Virus record (IMG/VR): IMGVR_UViG_3300028392_000036
Span: 78,902-142,901 of that record
DNA from: a virus
Length of the DNA: 64,000 nt
Reading direction: 5' to 3' (one strand)
A program made the position numbers and the translations under genes. The notes under the pieces were generated by a model. The model worked only from the letters and a program-made list of their open reading frames with translations. It did not search any database and was not told the origin of the DNA. Below, piece by piece: positions 17,944-27,353 of this stretch; position 1 is the first letter of the stretch; each line of letters begins with the position of its first letter.

Positions 17944-18535
17944 CTATCAAGTACTGTTTCAATTCCACGTTTGGATGCAAGCGATAGTAGAATATCTTTT
18001 GTGTCACATCCGACTCTACTCTAAACACCAAGGGGGTGTACAATGATTTCTCCTGTGCTTGTACTCGCCGAGCAGTGTGCAAGTCTTTGGTGTCACGCAC
18101 AAATTGTTTGATGATGTTGTCCACAGGCTGTTGATAAAACTGCTCAATTTTGCCATCTTGTATCAAGGCCTGATAGTTCCAGTACTGGCTCAAAAACTCA
18201 CTATCATGGTGGCTCAACTGATACTGCTGGGCCAACTCATGTGTGAACTCTAGTCCACAATCGCCCAGGATCGGCAAGCGACCAGCAAAATTTGCCAACC
18301 AAAGTGAATTTATCTTGCTGTCGTTGATCAACAGGTACACCTGGTCCACACCCAGATTCCGATACATCTCGCTCCAGACGTTTAGATTTCTGATATAAAC
18401 CGGCAAGAACGAGCTGTTGAATCTTGTGACGGAACAGATCAAAACACGGCGGTTTTGTGTTAGACTTTGCCAGGTAAAGGAATCAAAGCAATCCTTTTGA
18501 TACAACAAGAATTGCTTTGTGGGAGCGACTGTCAA
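17927..18535 (-). CDS. Degenerate peroxiredoxin/redoxin-fold protein
   Basis: RRVLICS, LGVDQVYLLIND, ILGD...EFT, ALIQDGKIEQ; lacks PxxxTxxC. Confidence 0.55.
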   Translation of the reverse strand: MTVAPTKQFLLYQKDCFDSFTWQSLTQNRRVLICSVTRFNSSFLPVYIRNLNVWSEMYRNLGVDQVYLLINDSKINSLWLANFAGRLPILGDCGLEFTHELAQQYQLSHHDSEFLSQYWNYQALIQDGKIEQFYQQPVDNIIKQFVRDTKDLHTARRVQAQEKSLYTPLVFRVESDVTQKIFYYRLHPNVELKQYLIEKTLP

Positions 18536-18543
18536 CTGGGTAG

Positions 18544-19494
18544 TTAGGCCTTGATCATATCGTCAACCAACTGTGGGCTGAAGATATCACGATACTTGTC
18601 GTATAGTGGTTGAGTCTTTTGTTTGAGCTTGGCAATTTCTGCTTCGGCAAAACGGTGATAGCTGATGCCTTTGCGCTCATGCAAATCAGTGTCAGCTTCA
18701 ATTTGGTCAGCTTCGTTCACAGTCCATGAACGCTCTAGTTTGGCCACGTGAGCCGACGCCTGAGTCATGGCCTGTTGTTGTTCTGGAGTCAAACTGTTGA
18801 AGAAGTCATTGTTGATCAAAATAGTTGTGAGGAACATGCTGTGATCAGTTCTGGCAATGTGTGTGAGACCTTGCTTGTAGGCTTCGACATCGTAGCGTGG
18901 CAGGGTGGTTTCCACAGTGCCTTTGGCCTTGACCAAGTTGTTGCGATCATCACTCATTGCGGCTGTGGCAGGAACAACTGTGCAACCTAATGCACGAGCA
19001 GTGTCCACACGCACAGGATTCAGAGTTGATACGCAGGTCAGTTTCACAAAGTCTTCACTGGTGGTAACTTCTTGATCCGAAGCAAACACACGGAAGCCAC
19101 CTGAGTAGGTGAATGCCAGACCGCGTACTGCAGATGTTTCTTGTATCTTGCTCAGCAACTTCTTGCCAATTGCGCCATCCAATACTCTGGAGGCGTGATC
19201 ATGATCTTTGAACAGGTAAGGCAGTTCAAGAGCAAAGAAATCTGGATTGTACCAAGAACCCACCCAGCGTGTTTCAACTTGGGTAACTTCGGCATCGCCA
19301 GCATTGATCATGGTCAACGGGTGTACTTTGGCAGTTGAAAACTTCTTGGAATACTCTTCCGAAGTGTAAATTTCAACTTGGATCGAGTCCTGTGTCAATT
19401 CACGAATCTTTTGGTTAAATGCCTGGGCTGTGCGAATAAAAAGCTCAACAGGTTCGTGATCTACTATCCAACGGATTGTGCGGGTTTGGCTCAT
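18544..19494 (-). CDS. TRAP transporter substrate-binding protein (DctP-like), no signal peptide
   Basis: LELPYLFKD.DHA.RVLDG.IG, GLAFTYSGGFR, FFNSLTPEQQ; AGGAG RBS before ATG 19494. Confidence 0.85.
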   Translation of the reverse strand: MSQTRTIRWIVDHEPVELFIRTAQAFNQKIRELTQDSIQVEIYTSEEYSKKFSTAKVHPLTMINAGDAEVTQVETRWVGSWYNPDFFALELPYLFKDHDHASRVLDGAIGKKLLSKIQETSAVRGLAFTYSGGFRVFASDQEVTTSEDFVKLTCVSTLNPVRVDTARALGCTVVPATAAMSDDRNNLVKAKGTVETTLPRYDVEAYKQGLTHIARTDHSMFLTTILINNDFFNSLTPEQQQAMTQASAHVAKLERSWTVNEADQIEADTDLHERKGISYHRFAEAEIAKLKQKTQPLYDKYRDIFSPQLVDDMIKA

Positions 19495-19564
19495 ATGGTT
19501 CTCCTGAGTTTGTGATATGATGTACACTTTATTTATGTTCGCAAGCAGATCACCCGTATTTCGC

Positions 19565-19593
19565 TTGACCAATAATTCCCAATTTGCTATAAT
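19565..19593 (+). promoter_or_regulatory. Sigma70-type promoter, leaderless
   Basis: TTGACC-N17-TATAAT-N6-ATG. Confidence 0.9.
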
Positions 19594-19599
19594 TAGGGC

Positions 19600-20733
19600 A
19601 TGAAACACATACTTGCACTGATTAGTACTTTGGTTTTAACTGCCTGCGGCGGCGGAGGTGGCGGAGGTGGCGGCGAGCCCAGTAGCGCCACAACAGTTAA
19701 GACGCAACCGTTTTCTTGTGTCGCTCCGCAATCGCAAAGCAATAGATATCGAGCGGCAACGTTTGATGTGCGTAGGGATGATATTGGCCGAACCGCAGAA
19801 GGTCACAATATCACCAGTTTTGCCGCAGTCAAACTCATGATAGATCGTGCCAAGTGTGTGGGTTTTGACACAGCAATTTTTGAAACCAATATCCCTATTG
19901 ATATTACAACGGGTCTGGTAAGAACCGATCAACCTATCCCGGTTGATTTTTGGCGATATGTTTCCTATGCCAAAAGTATAGGACTACGTGTGGCAGTACG
20001 GCCCATTCCTGTGAACTATGTTGATGACAACACTCTCACTGGTGATACAGTTGGGTTATCAGTTTCGCAGGCACTAAACAGTGTCAAAATCTTTGAACAA
20101 AATCTAGCGGTGCAGGCCCAAAATGCCGGCGTGGACATTTTCTACGTGGGGATTTTGAACTACGGAATTGATAATGCCACCTACAATACCGAATGGCAGG
20201 CAATTGTGGATGCAGTAAAATCTGTTTATACCGGCAAGTTAGCCTACACAACCTGTTTGCTTTGTACTGACACAGTTGTTTGGGGCAAAGTGGACATGGT
20301 AGGGATAGAAACCTCAACAGGTAATACTGTGGTCAGTGCCGCCGCTGTACCAAAAATACAAGCCCTGGCCCGCAGTTACAACAAACCTATTATGATAGAT
20401 AATGTGTACATTTATGCAACACCACCATCATATGCCAGTAACTCACTGTGGAACTCAGTAAACTCAGGTAGTGTCAGTAGTTTTCTACCAGATTATGTTG
20501 AACAGGCAAGAAAGTTCAACGAATTTTTTAGTTATATGACCTTGTTGAAATCTGATATTCAAGGCTTTGCGATCGGGCAATACATGCCATGGCTACAGAA
20601 TGCCAACATCCAATCACCGGTCACAAACATAGAAACTCAGTTCAAAATATTTGACACCATAGGCTTTTCGCTGTATAATAACATTCAAGCTCAAACTACC
20701 ATTCAATCATATTTGAGCAAACCGTGGAATTGA
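19600..20733 (+). CDS. Lipoprotein with GH113-like TIM-barrel domain
   Basis: Lipobox LTAC, poly-Gly linker; YAKSIGLRVAVRP, WQAIVDAVKSVYTGKLAY, YNKPIMI. Confidence 0.65.
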   Translation: MKHILALISTLVLTACGGGGGGGGGEPSSATTVKTQPFSCVAPQSQSNRYRAATFDVRRDDIGRTAEGHNITSFAAVKLMIDRAKCVGFDTAIFETNIPIDITTGLVRTDQPIPVDFWRYVSYAKSIGLRVAVRPIPVNYVDDNTLTGDTVGLSVSQALNSVKIFEQNLAVQAQNAGVDIFYVGILNYGIDNATYNTEWQAIVDAVKSVYTGKLAYTTCLLCTDTVVWGKVDMVGIETSTGNTVVSAAAVPKIQALARSYNKPIMIDNVYIYATPPSYASNSLWNSVNSGSVSSFLPDYVEQARKFNEFFSYMTLLKSDIQGFAIGQYMPWLQNANIQSPVTNIETQFKIFDTIGFSLYNNIQAQTTIQSYLSKPWN

Positions 20734-20734
20734 T

Positions 20735-21187
20735 ATGCTACTTAAACTGCTAGAGCGTTGGGGTCGTAAACGTATTGTTTATGATCGAGTTGAAAACGAA
20801 CCTTACCTAGAACGCTACTATTTGTTTCTCAAAGACCGAGAACGTTTTCCGTTTAACATATTCCTTCATAAGTTTTTAAAATCAGACCCGGATGATGTAC
20901 ATGATCACCCCTGGCCCTACTTTACAATTATCTTGAAGGGTGGATACTGGGAATGGATTCCGCATTTTGATTTGCGAGGTCAAAAGATTTGCGAAATACA
21001 AAAATGGCGAGGCCCGGGACATTTCCGTTTTAATCGAGCCACCAGTTATCATCGCATTGAACTAGATCCCAAAGTCACTGCCTGGACCTTGTTCTGCCCT
21101 GGACCCAAGCAACGTGATTGGGGTTTCTTGGTCCGGAATAAGTGGATACAGTGGGAACAATATTTGAAACAAAGGAAAACAGTATGA
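20735..21187 (+). CDS. Cupin-fold protein
   Basis: FLHKF, DDVHDHPW, GGYWE, YHRIEL. Confidence 0.75.
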   Translation: MLLKLLERWGRKRIVYDRVENEPYLERYYLFLKDRERFPFNIFLHKFLKSDPDDVHDHPWPYFTIILKGGYWEWIPHFDLRGQKICEIQKWRGPGHFRFNRATSYHRIELDPKVTAWTLFCPGPKQRDWGFLVRNKWIQWEQYLKQRKTV

Positions 21188-21480
21188 AGTGGTTAAAACG
21201 TTGGTTGGCCCGAGCAGTGGTGGAAGGCCATAATGACGCAGAACGTGTAGAACGTATATACGCAACTGCTGGGCCCAAGTTATCCGCTGGAAGAGACGTT
21301 GAAAGCGATGATGGACTCAATATCACAGTACGCAAGGCCATTGGTGGTAAAATTGTGACGTTTAGGCACTATGATCCCAAATCTGACCGCCACAGTCACC
21401 GGCTGTATGTGATTCCAGACGAACTAGATTTTGAGCGAGAGTTAGGCAAGATGATCACTCTAGAATCAATGAGAGGCTGA
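21184..21480 (+). CDS. Hypothetical protein
   Basis: ATGA-coupled; AIGGKIVTFRHYD, LYVIP. Confidence 0.75.
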   Translation: MKWLKRWLARAVVEGHNDAERVERIYATAGPKLSAGRDVESDDGLNITVRKAIGGKIVTFRHYDPKSDRHSHRLYVIPDELDFERELGKMITLESMRG

Positions 21481-21493
21481 AAGTAAATACATT

Positions 21494-21871
21494 ATGCATA
21501 CCTTAATTGATTTTGTAAGTTTTGTAGTCAACAGTATACTTGTTGGCGCCCTGGTATGGTTTGTTTTTACCTGGGCAGTGAGTCGTTATTTGGAACGCCA
21601 AATTGGTTCGGTGGTACGAGACCTTGATCAGGAACGCCTGATCCCACTCACAATAGAGGTTGACTTAGATCAGTATTTCTGCTATAATAGCATTACCAAA
21701 GCATTTGTATGCCAAGGTCGCAATTTGAAGGAAATTGTGGAACGTTTTAAACAACGCTATCCGGACAAGTCTGCCGCTATCTATGATGGTGATGAGACTG
21801 CGGTGCGTACTCTTAAAAGTCAATTGAAAGAACTCGGTGAAAATTTCTCTAGTATCAGACGTGCATCTTGA
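21494..21871 (+). CDS. Membrane-anchored hypothetical protein
   Basis: N-terminal TM; TAAATA-N4-ATG. Confidence 0.75.
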   Translation: MHTLIDFVSFVVNSILVGALVWFVFTWAVSRYLERQIGSVVRDLDQERLIPLTIEVDLDQYFCYNSITKAFVCQGRNLKEIVERFKQRYPDKSAAIYDGDETAVRTLKSQLKELGENFSSIRRAS

Positions 21872-22691
21872 ATTTGGAGACCTTGATTTTGAAAATGATC
21901 AAGGTGCCGAAGTCTTGATTCTTGGCGGCGACATCTGTGTTGCTCACGACATTGCCCAACGTGATCCATATGGCGTTATGGGTCCAGAGTATCGTAGCAA
22001 TCGCTTTCACGATTTCTTCCAACGCTGTCATGATCGTTTTCCACACGTGATCTACATTGTGGGCAATCACGAATACTACAATGGTGACTTTGCCACTAGT
22101 TTTGCACACCTAAAGGATGTGCTGGGCTATTTGCCCAATTTGCACATTCTAGAAAAAGAGTCAATCATGATTGGTGACACCACATTCTTGTGTGGTACGC
22201 TATGGACCGACATGAATCGCGAAGATCCAGATACCTTGTATCGCATTCGCAGTTACATGAATGATTTTAAAATCATCCGGGACAGTCGTTATCCTGTGCA
22301 TTACAAAGACTCGGAAGGCAAACGACACACACGTGAGGGCCGATTCAGTCCTGAAGCCAGTGTGGAAGAGCACCGTGCCATGTTGAAATTTGTTGAAGAG
22401 TCAATTGCGTCCAATCCCACTGCTAAGTATGTGGTAGTTGGTCATCACTCGCCCAGCAGATCAAGTACTCACCCGCAGTATGCAGATCAAACCATGGTGA
22501 ATGGTGCTTACAGTAGCAACTTGGATGAATTTATAATGGATCGTCCACAGATTAAACTTTGGACACATGGACATACTCACCATGAGTTTGACTACATGAT
22601 TGGCTCGTGCCGCGTGATGTGTAACCCACGCGGCTACGACGGATACGAGGAACAGGCAAGACAATGGAAACTGAAAACAGTAGATATTTGA
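21837..22691 (+). CDS. Calcineurin-like metallophosphoesterase
   Basis: SDVHLE, GGDI, GNHEYY, GHHSP, HGHTH, NPRGY. Confidence 0.92.
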   Translation: MKISLVSDVHLEFGDLDFENDQGAEVLILGGDICVAHDIAQRDPYGVMGPEYRSNRFHDFFQRCHDRFPHVIYIVGNHEYYNGDFATSFAHLKDVLGYLPNLHILEKESIMIGDTTFLCGTLWTDMNREDPDTLYRIRSYMNDFKIIRDSRYPVHYKDSEGKRHTREGRFSPEASVEEHRAMLKFVEESIASNPTAKYVVVGHHSPSRSSTHPQYADQTMVNGAYSSNLDEFIMDRPQIKLWTHGHTHHEFDYMIGSCRVMCNPRGYDGYEEQARQWKLKTVDI

Positions 22692-22870
22692 ATTGGTTCC
22701 GGTACAGTGGGATCAGTGTTATTTTTACACTGAACCCACTGCATTGGCGCTTGGTACCCGGTGCTAGACGTGAGCCCAACGATGGATGGCCCAGTCCCAA
22801 TGAACGCACTTGGAGCGTGAGTTGGTTGTTCTTGACCATACGTGGATGGATTGACAATGGAGATTGGTAA
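22664..22870 (+). CDS. Trp-rich hypothetical protein
   Basis: In operon; ends WIDNGDW. Confidence 0.6.
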   Translation: METENSRYLNWFRYSGISVIFTLNPLHWRLVPGARREPNDGWPSPNERTWSVSWLFLTIRGWIDNGDW

Positions 22871-23022
22871 TGCGAGAGTATGCAGAGTTGATCATACTTG
22901 CGGTGCTGATTGCATTGGCTGTGATCAACAACTGTGTAATGGGCCAAGACGGTGAACGTGCGGCACTGGATCAAATACGCAATTCAAGTGGATACTTAAT
23001 ACGATATGGACAAACAAACTAA
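22870..23022 (+). CDS. Small membrane protein, 50 aa (not in ORF track)
   Basis: MREYAELIILAVLIALAVINN...; TAATG-coupled. Confidence 0.55.
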   Translation: MREYAELIILAVLIALAVINNCVMGQDGERAALDQIRNSSGYLIRYGQTN

Positions 23023-23278
23023 ACAACTAGCCGAACAAGCAGGTTTTGTACTGGATGAATTACCAGATACAGTATTACTTCCATTGGAGGAATTTGCCAA
23101 ATTGTTACGAGGTGCTAATACTCGTGAAGTGATTGCATTGTGTGCCAACACAATCAACCGCAACCTCAATGAACAAAAACAAAAAACAAAACAACGTTGG
23201 GATATGGTAGAAGCCGCGGTAATAGTAACAGCATTAGTAGTCTGGGGTGCCTGGTGGTACACTCGGTTGCATAATTAA
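23006..23278 (+). CDS. Hypothetical protein with C-terminal TM
   Basis: In operon. Confidence 0.65.
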   Translation: MDKQTKQLAEQAGFVLDELPDTVLLPLEEFAKLLRGANTREVIALCANTINRNLNEQKQKTKQRWDMVEAAVIVTALVVWGAWWYTRLHN

Positions 23279-23288
23279 AGGGTCGGAC

Positions 23289-24002
23289 ATGAAAGTTTAT
23301 ATTTCGAAATATCGAGATCACTGGATCTCACCTTACACTATATTGGACTATGTGTTCTTTTGGACTGACTGGTCCAAGTGCAGTCGAGACAAACGTATTC
23401 GCAGTCTTGAAGAAGAACGCACGTATGTAGAACATCCGGCCTGGGTAGAACGCTGGAGCGACCGCCTGGAACCCATTAGTCGTGCTATTCAATGGATATT
23501 AGATCGTGTGCATCCAGCCATCAACCTTGTGAAAATTGATCGTTGGGATACCTGGAGCATGGACCATACCTTGAGTCCCATCATCTTGCCCATGCTCAAG
23601 CAACTGAAAACAACTCAGCACGGTGCAGGGTTTGTAGACGATGACGATGTACCAGAGGAACTAAAATCAACATCAGCCCCGCCAAAAGAGAACGAATGGG
23701 ACACTGATGCCAATCACTTTGCTCGTTGGGAATATGTGCTGGATGAAATGATCTTTGCATTTGAGTGCAAAACAGATGACTCTTGGCAGGATGAGTTCTG
23801 TTCAGGCGAGATTGACATGCTATGGGTTCCTGTGGACAAAGACGGCAACGAAGTGCCCAAAGGTGAACACCGATACCATCAAATGAAAGACGGCCCCAAC
23901 AACACCTACAAATGCGATTATGAAGGTATGAAAGTGGTAGAAACACGTATACAAAACGGCTTCCGCTTGTTCGGTAGATACTACCAAAATCTTTGGGATT
24001 GA
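23289..24002 (+). CDS. Conserved phage hypothetical protein
   Basis: IDRWDTWSMDHTL, LDEMIFAF, GFRLFGRYYQNLWD. Confidence 0.8.
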   Translation: MKVYISKYRDHWISPYTILDYVFFWTDWSKCSRDKRIRSLEEERTYVEHPAWVERWSDRLEPISRAIQWILDRVHPAINLVKIDRWDTWSMDHTLSPIILPMLKQLKTTQHGAGFVDDDDVPEELKSTSAPPKENEWDTDANHFARWEYVLDEMIFAFECKTDDSWQDEFCSGEIDMLWVPVDKDGNEVPKGEHRYHQMKDGPNNTYKCDYEGMKVVETRIQNGFRLFGRYYQNLWD

Positions 24003-24003
24003 T

Positions 24004-24258
24004 ATGTCATTTAAACATCTGGTTAGAGACATGATGACCTACTCTGAAAACTTAGGCGTAGAATTTACTCCCAACTCAATACCCAGGAGCGACTACGATG
24101 AGTGGCGAAAACAATACACCTGGGACGCTCTCCATGATCTACGCTATGGACAAAGTTTCTGCAACTACTTTGGCATCACAGATCAACGAATCTTCTTTGA
24201 GCGAAACTGGTTGGTTTGCGACACAGTAATTCAGCGAGAGTGGCTTGCAAGATCCTAA
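24004..24258 (+). CDS. Hypothetical protein
   Basis: LRYGQSFCNYF motif. Confidence 0.7.
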   Translation: MSFKHLVRDMMTYSENLGVEFTPNSIPRSDYDEWRKQYTWDALHDLRYGQSFCNYFGITDQRIFFERNWLVCDTVIQREWLARS

Positions 24259-24487
24259 ATTTCCACATGGTGCATGTATTGACTGGGGGTATCGTATGGA
24301 CACCCAGTCGCAATGGGATGATGTGGCCATGTGGGGATTTGAAACATTTGGTCTCCCTGGTGAACGATATGTGACTGACATAAACATACACGACATGACC
24401 TGGTGGTTTCGTAGTGAACAGGATCGCTTGGTGTTTGTACTACGCAATGGCCTGGCTCGATGTATACAGTTAGAGTTGACAACATAG
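24245..24487 (+). CDS. Small protein, F-x-F...F-x-L paralogue family
   Basis: FGLPGERY...WWFRSEQDRLVFVLR. Confidence 0.7.
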   Translation: MQDPKFPHGACIDWGYRMDTQSQWDDVAMWGFETFGLPGERYVTDINIHDMTWWFRSEQDRLVFVLRNGLARCIQLELTT

Positions 24488-24678
24488 AAGTTTTTGATGC
24501 TCTTGATCTAAAGAATCGATTGATCCAGGATGGCCTGGTTGCAGACCGAGATTTTGAGTGGGCTTGGATCACTGCCGAATATGATCAATTCACCGGATGG
24601 ACCAGACAAAAACATGCTGAATTTCGATTTACGGATCCATCCTTGGCCACCTTCTATCAGTTGAAATGGTTGAGATAA
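24460..24678 (+). CDS. Small protein, F-x-F...F-x-L-K-W paralogue family
   Basis: AEFRFTDPSLATFYQLKW. Confidence 0.7.
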   Translation: MYTVRVDNIEVFDALDLKNRLIQDGLVADRDFEWAWITAEYDQFTGWTRQKHAEFRFTDPSLATFYQLKWLR

Positions 24679-24684
24679 GTATTC

Positions 24685-25485
24685 TTGATGTTCAAGAAAA
24701 TACTAATCACAATTGCATTGTGTGTGACTGTATCAGCCTATGCCGATAGTGTGTTGCTGTACAACCTAAGCCAAGATCGAACAGTGATGAGTCGTGATGC
24801 TGATCGAGTACGTAGTATTGCATCAATAACCAAGATCATGACTGCCATGGTTGCATTGGATTATGACAAGGATCTCAGTCGACGACTGATGTTGAGCAAA
24901 GTAGTTCGTGGCCATTTGCCCCAACAGGCGTACACCCGTGAACAACTGCTGAAAGCCATGCTGATCAATTCCGACAATGCGGCTGCCGAAACCATTGCTG
25001 AAGATTATCCCGGTGGTCGTAGTGCCTTTGTAGCCAGAATGAATATACAGGCTGATATATGGGGTATGAAAGATACCAACTTTGTTGATCCAAGTGGTCT
25101 GGGAGTATTCAATGTTAGCACGGTTCGGGACGTGGCCAACATGATGTCTACTGCCGCAGGCTACTGGTTTATTACCGAAGTTAGCAGTCAAAAACACACG
25201 GCCATCGAAACCAGATACAAGAAGAAAATTAGAACCATACGTTTGCCGCATACATCAGGTCAATTGTTGTTTACATTTGATTCAGTGCTGGTCAGCAAAA
25301 CTGGACTAACTTCGTCAGCTGGTTGGTGTGTGGGTATGGTAGTGGAACAAAACAACCAAAAGTATGTAGTGGTCGTTCTAGGCAGCCGTGACAAACGCGA
25401 GCGATTGGAAACAGTCAAGAACATACGCTACAACCATATTGATGATGCAAATTTAAAGCACATACGATTTTCAACTAATTATTAG
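24685..25485 (+). CDS. D-Ala-D-Ala endo/carboxypeptidase (peptidase S11, PBP7-like)
   Basis: Signal peptide; SITK, SDN and KTG catalytic motifs. Confidence 0.92.
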   Translation: MMFKKILITIALCVTVSAYADSVLLYNLSQDRTVMSRDADRVRSIASITKIMTAMVALDYDKDLSRRLMLSKVVRGHLPQQAYTREQLLKAMLINSDNAAAETIAEDYPGGRSAFVARMNIQADIWGMKDTNFVDPSGLGVFNVSTVRDVANMMSTAAGYWFITEVSSQKHTAIETRYKKKIRTIRLPHTSGQLLFTFDSVLVSKTGLTSSAGWCVGMVVEQNNQKYVVVVLGSRDKRERLETVKNIRYNHIDDANLKHIRFSTNY

Positions 25486-25487
25486 TA

Positions 25488-25727
25488 ATGAAGCACACTC
25501 TTGATACGCCGTTTGAAATCCGACTGGGTGATAGTTTTAACTTTGCCCGAGAGATACACAAACCTTTTGGCGAATTAGATCGGGTACTGGCTTGGTGTAA
25601 GACCGAGCTGGTAGGCGAGTGGCGTTGGCAACTGGTAGATGTCAGCACAGACAAGCGTCCTGGCCGCTATATTTTCTACTTTGATTCAGAACGTGACTAC
25701 TTTGCTTTCACGCTGTATTGGCAGTAA
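25488..25727 (+). CDS. Small protein, F-x-F...F-x-L-x-W paralogue family
   Basis: YIFYFDSERDYFAFTLYW. Confidence 0.75.
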   Translation: MKHTLDTPFEIRLGDSFNFAREIHKPFGELDRVLAWCKTELVGEWRWQLVDVSTDKRPGRYIFYFDSERDYFAFTLYWQ

Positions 25728-25731
25728 TTTG

Positions 25732-26547
25732 TTATCGAACAGCGCCAGCGATGTCGGCTTTGCTGATGTTCCTAGCACCCATAACATCGTTGCCATATTC
25801 CGTCCAGTCCACTGCCTGCCAAGGTGCTAGATCACCCCGAACAAAAAAGAAACTGTTGGGATTGGCCAGTTCAAATCCTTGTGTGATGATTTGCCCAGCA
25901 CGTCGGCCCTTCATCCTGAATGCAAAGTCGGCATCAGCAGGATCACGCACAAACTCATATCGGCCACTGGGCTTGGGCGGCTGAATTTGAGGTCGCTTTA
26001 CTTCGGTCCTGCGCCAAATTTGTGCCACTGCCGGAACATCGTATCCGCGTCGTGGGCCCTCACTGGGCAGGTAAAAACTATTGCGTGGTAGCACGTATTC
26101 GTCCATGAGTTCAAAGTCGTCGTCCAATCTATTTTGTATGCTGGGTCTGCGAAATGTGCGCGGAACAATTTGTGCAATGAAATCTGCAAAGGTTGAGGCC
26201 TTGTTGAAGAACCGGATGGCCAGATCTGATCCACGACCAAACGGAGGATTTTGTATGACCATGAGCCCTGGTTGACGTTGGTGTTGTGCTGTGAAGAAGT
26301 CTTGTCGAGTAATCTTGGGACTCTTGGGATCCAAATCATACATTTCAATACCAGGAAAATAACGTGCCAGATCTTGATTGCCTGCGGCTGGTTCAATCAT
26401 GCGTGACACTGGCAAGCGGTGACTTTTGACCCAGTTGGCAAATTGTTCTGCCGCTTGCGGACGAGTAAAGAACTGATCGTGCTCTACACCAGCAGATTGT
26501 TTACGCTGTGCTTGGGTTTTTTCCGGGATAAATTCGTTGAAACGCAT
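25732..26547 (-). CDS. Amino (N6A/N4C) DNA methyltransferase with capsid-targeting-like leader
   Basis: DQFFT, IEPAAG, QNPPFG; start MRFNEFIPE at 26547, TAAATA-N4-ATG. Confidence 0.8.
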   Translation of the reverse strand: MRFNEFIPEKTQAQRKQSAGVEHDQFFTRPQAAEQFANWVKSHRLPVSRMIEPAAGNQDLARYFPGIEMYDLDPKSPKITRQDFFTAQHQRQPGLMVIQNPPFGRGSDLAIRFFNKASTFADFIAQIVPRTFRRPSIQNRLDDDFELMDEYVLPRNSFYLPSEGPRRGYDVPAVAQIWRRTEVKRPQIQPPKPSGRYEFVRDPADADFAFRMKGRRAGQIITQGFELANPNSFFFVRGDLAPWQAVDWTEYGNDVMGARNISKADIAGAVR

Positions 26548-26560
26548 AGAGTATTTATTT

Positions 26561-26607
26561 GTAATACTTGAGTAGTACTTGACAAAAATACCCAATACCT
26601 GTATAAT
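26561..26607 (+). promoter_or_regulatory. Operator (copy 3) abutting a sigma70 promoter
   Basis: GTAATAC-TTGA-GTAGTAC then TTGACA-N17-TATAAT. Confidence 0.85.
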
Positions 26608-26638
26608 GCAAGCATAGCAACTTTTAATAGGTGTCACT

Positions 26639-26875
26639 TTGAGCATAGAAATAAAAAATCTAACCCCCGAGCAAGTAGAAATGCTGGATGCTATGTGGGC
26701 CTGTGAATCAGCAGAAGAATACCTGGCATGGTATCACTTGCTGGACGCTGAAGATCAAGAACAGGCAGATCTACTGCAACGCATGATCATTCTTGAAACC
26801 ATGGATGAGATGTTGGAAGAAGTGAGTGATGGCTATGCTGAAATTAAAACCTATTTAAAAAAGTTTATGCTATGA
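26639..26875 (+). CDS. Acidic hypothetical protein
   Basis: TTG start with AGGT RBS. Confidence 0.7.
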   Translation: MSIEIKNLTPEQVEMLDAMWACESAEEYLAWYHLLDAEDQEQADLLQRMIILETMDEMLEEVSDGYAEIKTYLKKFML

Positions 26876-27204
26876 ACCATCACTTTGTTGTTGTGTGGGA
26901 TAACACTGGCCTAGAGTACATAGGTGACATTACTGCTGACGAAACGAATCGCAGTTGGTCGGCATTGCAAGGCAAACCTGTCGGTAGCGCCTTGCCAAAC
27001 CTCAATCACATGATACTTCGTGCTAGATACAATCCACAGCGCCACTATGAGATCTATCAGGTGGAAGCCACAGATGGTATCACTGCTGATGACATACGAG
27101 AAATGTTTACAGCCAGTCCACAAACAGCCGCGGACACAATCCGCAGACTCGGTCACTGCTACTTTAGTGACAGGGTCCAAGAAGACCGCGTGGTAATACG
27201 TTGA
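26872..27204 (+). CDS. Conserved phage hypothetical protein
   Basis: WDNTGLE, LRARYNPQRHYEIY. Confidence 0.75.
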   Translation: MNHHFVVVWDNTGLEYIGDITADETNRSWSALQGKPVGSALPNLNHMILRARYNPQRHYEIYQVEATDGITADDIREMFTASPQTAADTIRRLGHCYFSDRVQEDRVVIR

Positions 27205-27353
27205 TGGACGAACTTAAAATACGGTTTGACGAGGATGAATGTAAGTACTATGTGTATTTCAACGGACCTTGGGGACAATGTGCCTATCAAAGCGATCCGT
27301 TTGACACACTAGAAGAAGCTGAAGCCTTCAAACAAGAACAGGAAAAACAATGA
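27204..27353 (+). CDS. Small protein, 49 aa (not in ORF track)
   Basis: MDELKIRFDEDECKYYVYF...PFDTLEEAEAF; coupled at both ends. Confidence 0.65.
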   Translation: MDELKIRFDEDECKYYVYFNGPWGQCAYQSDPFDTLEEAEAFKQEQEKQ

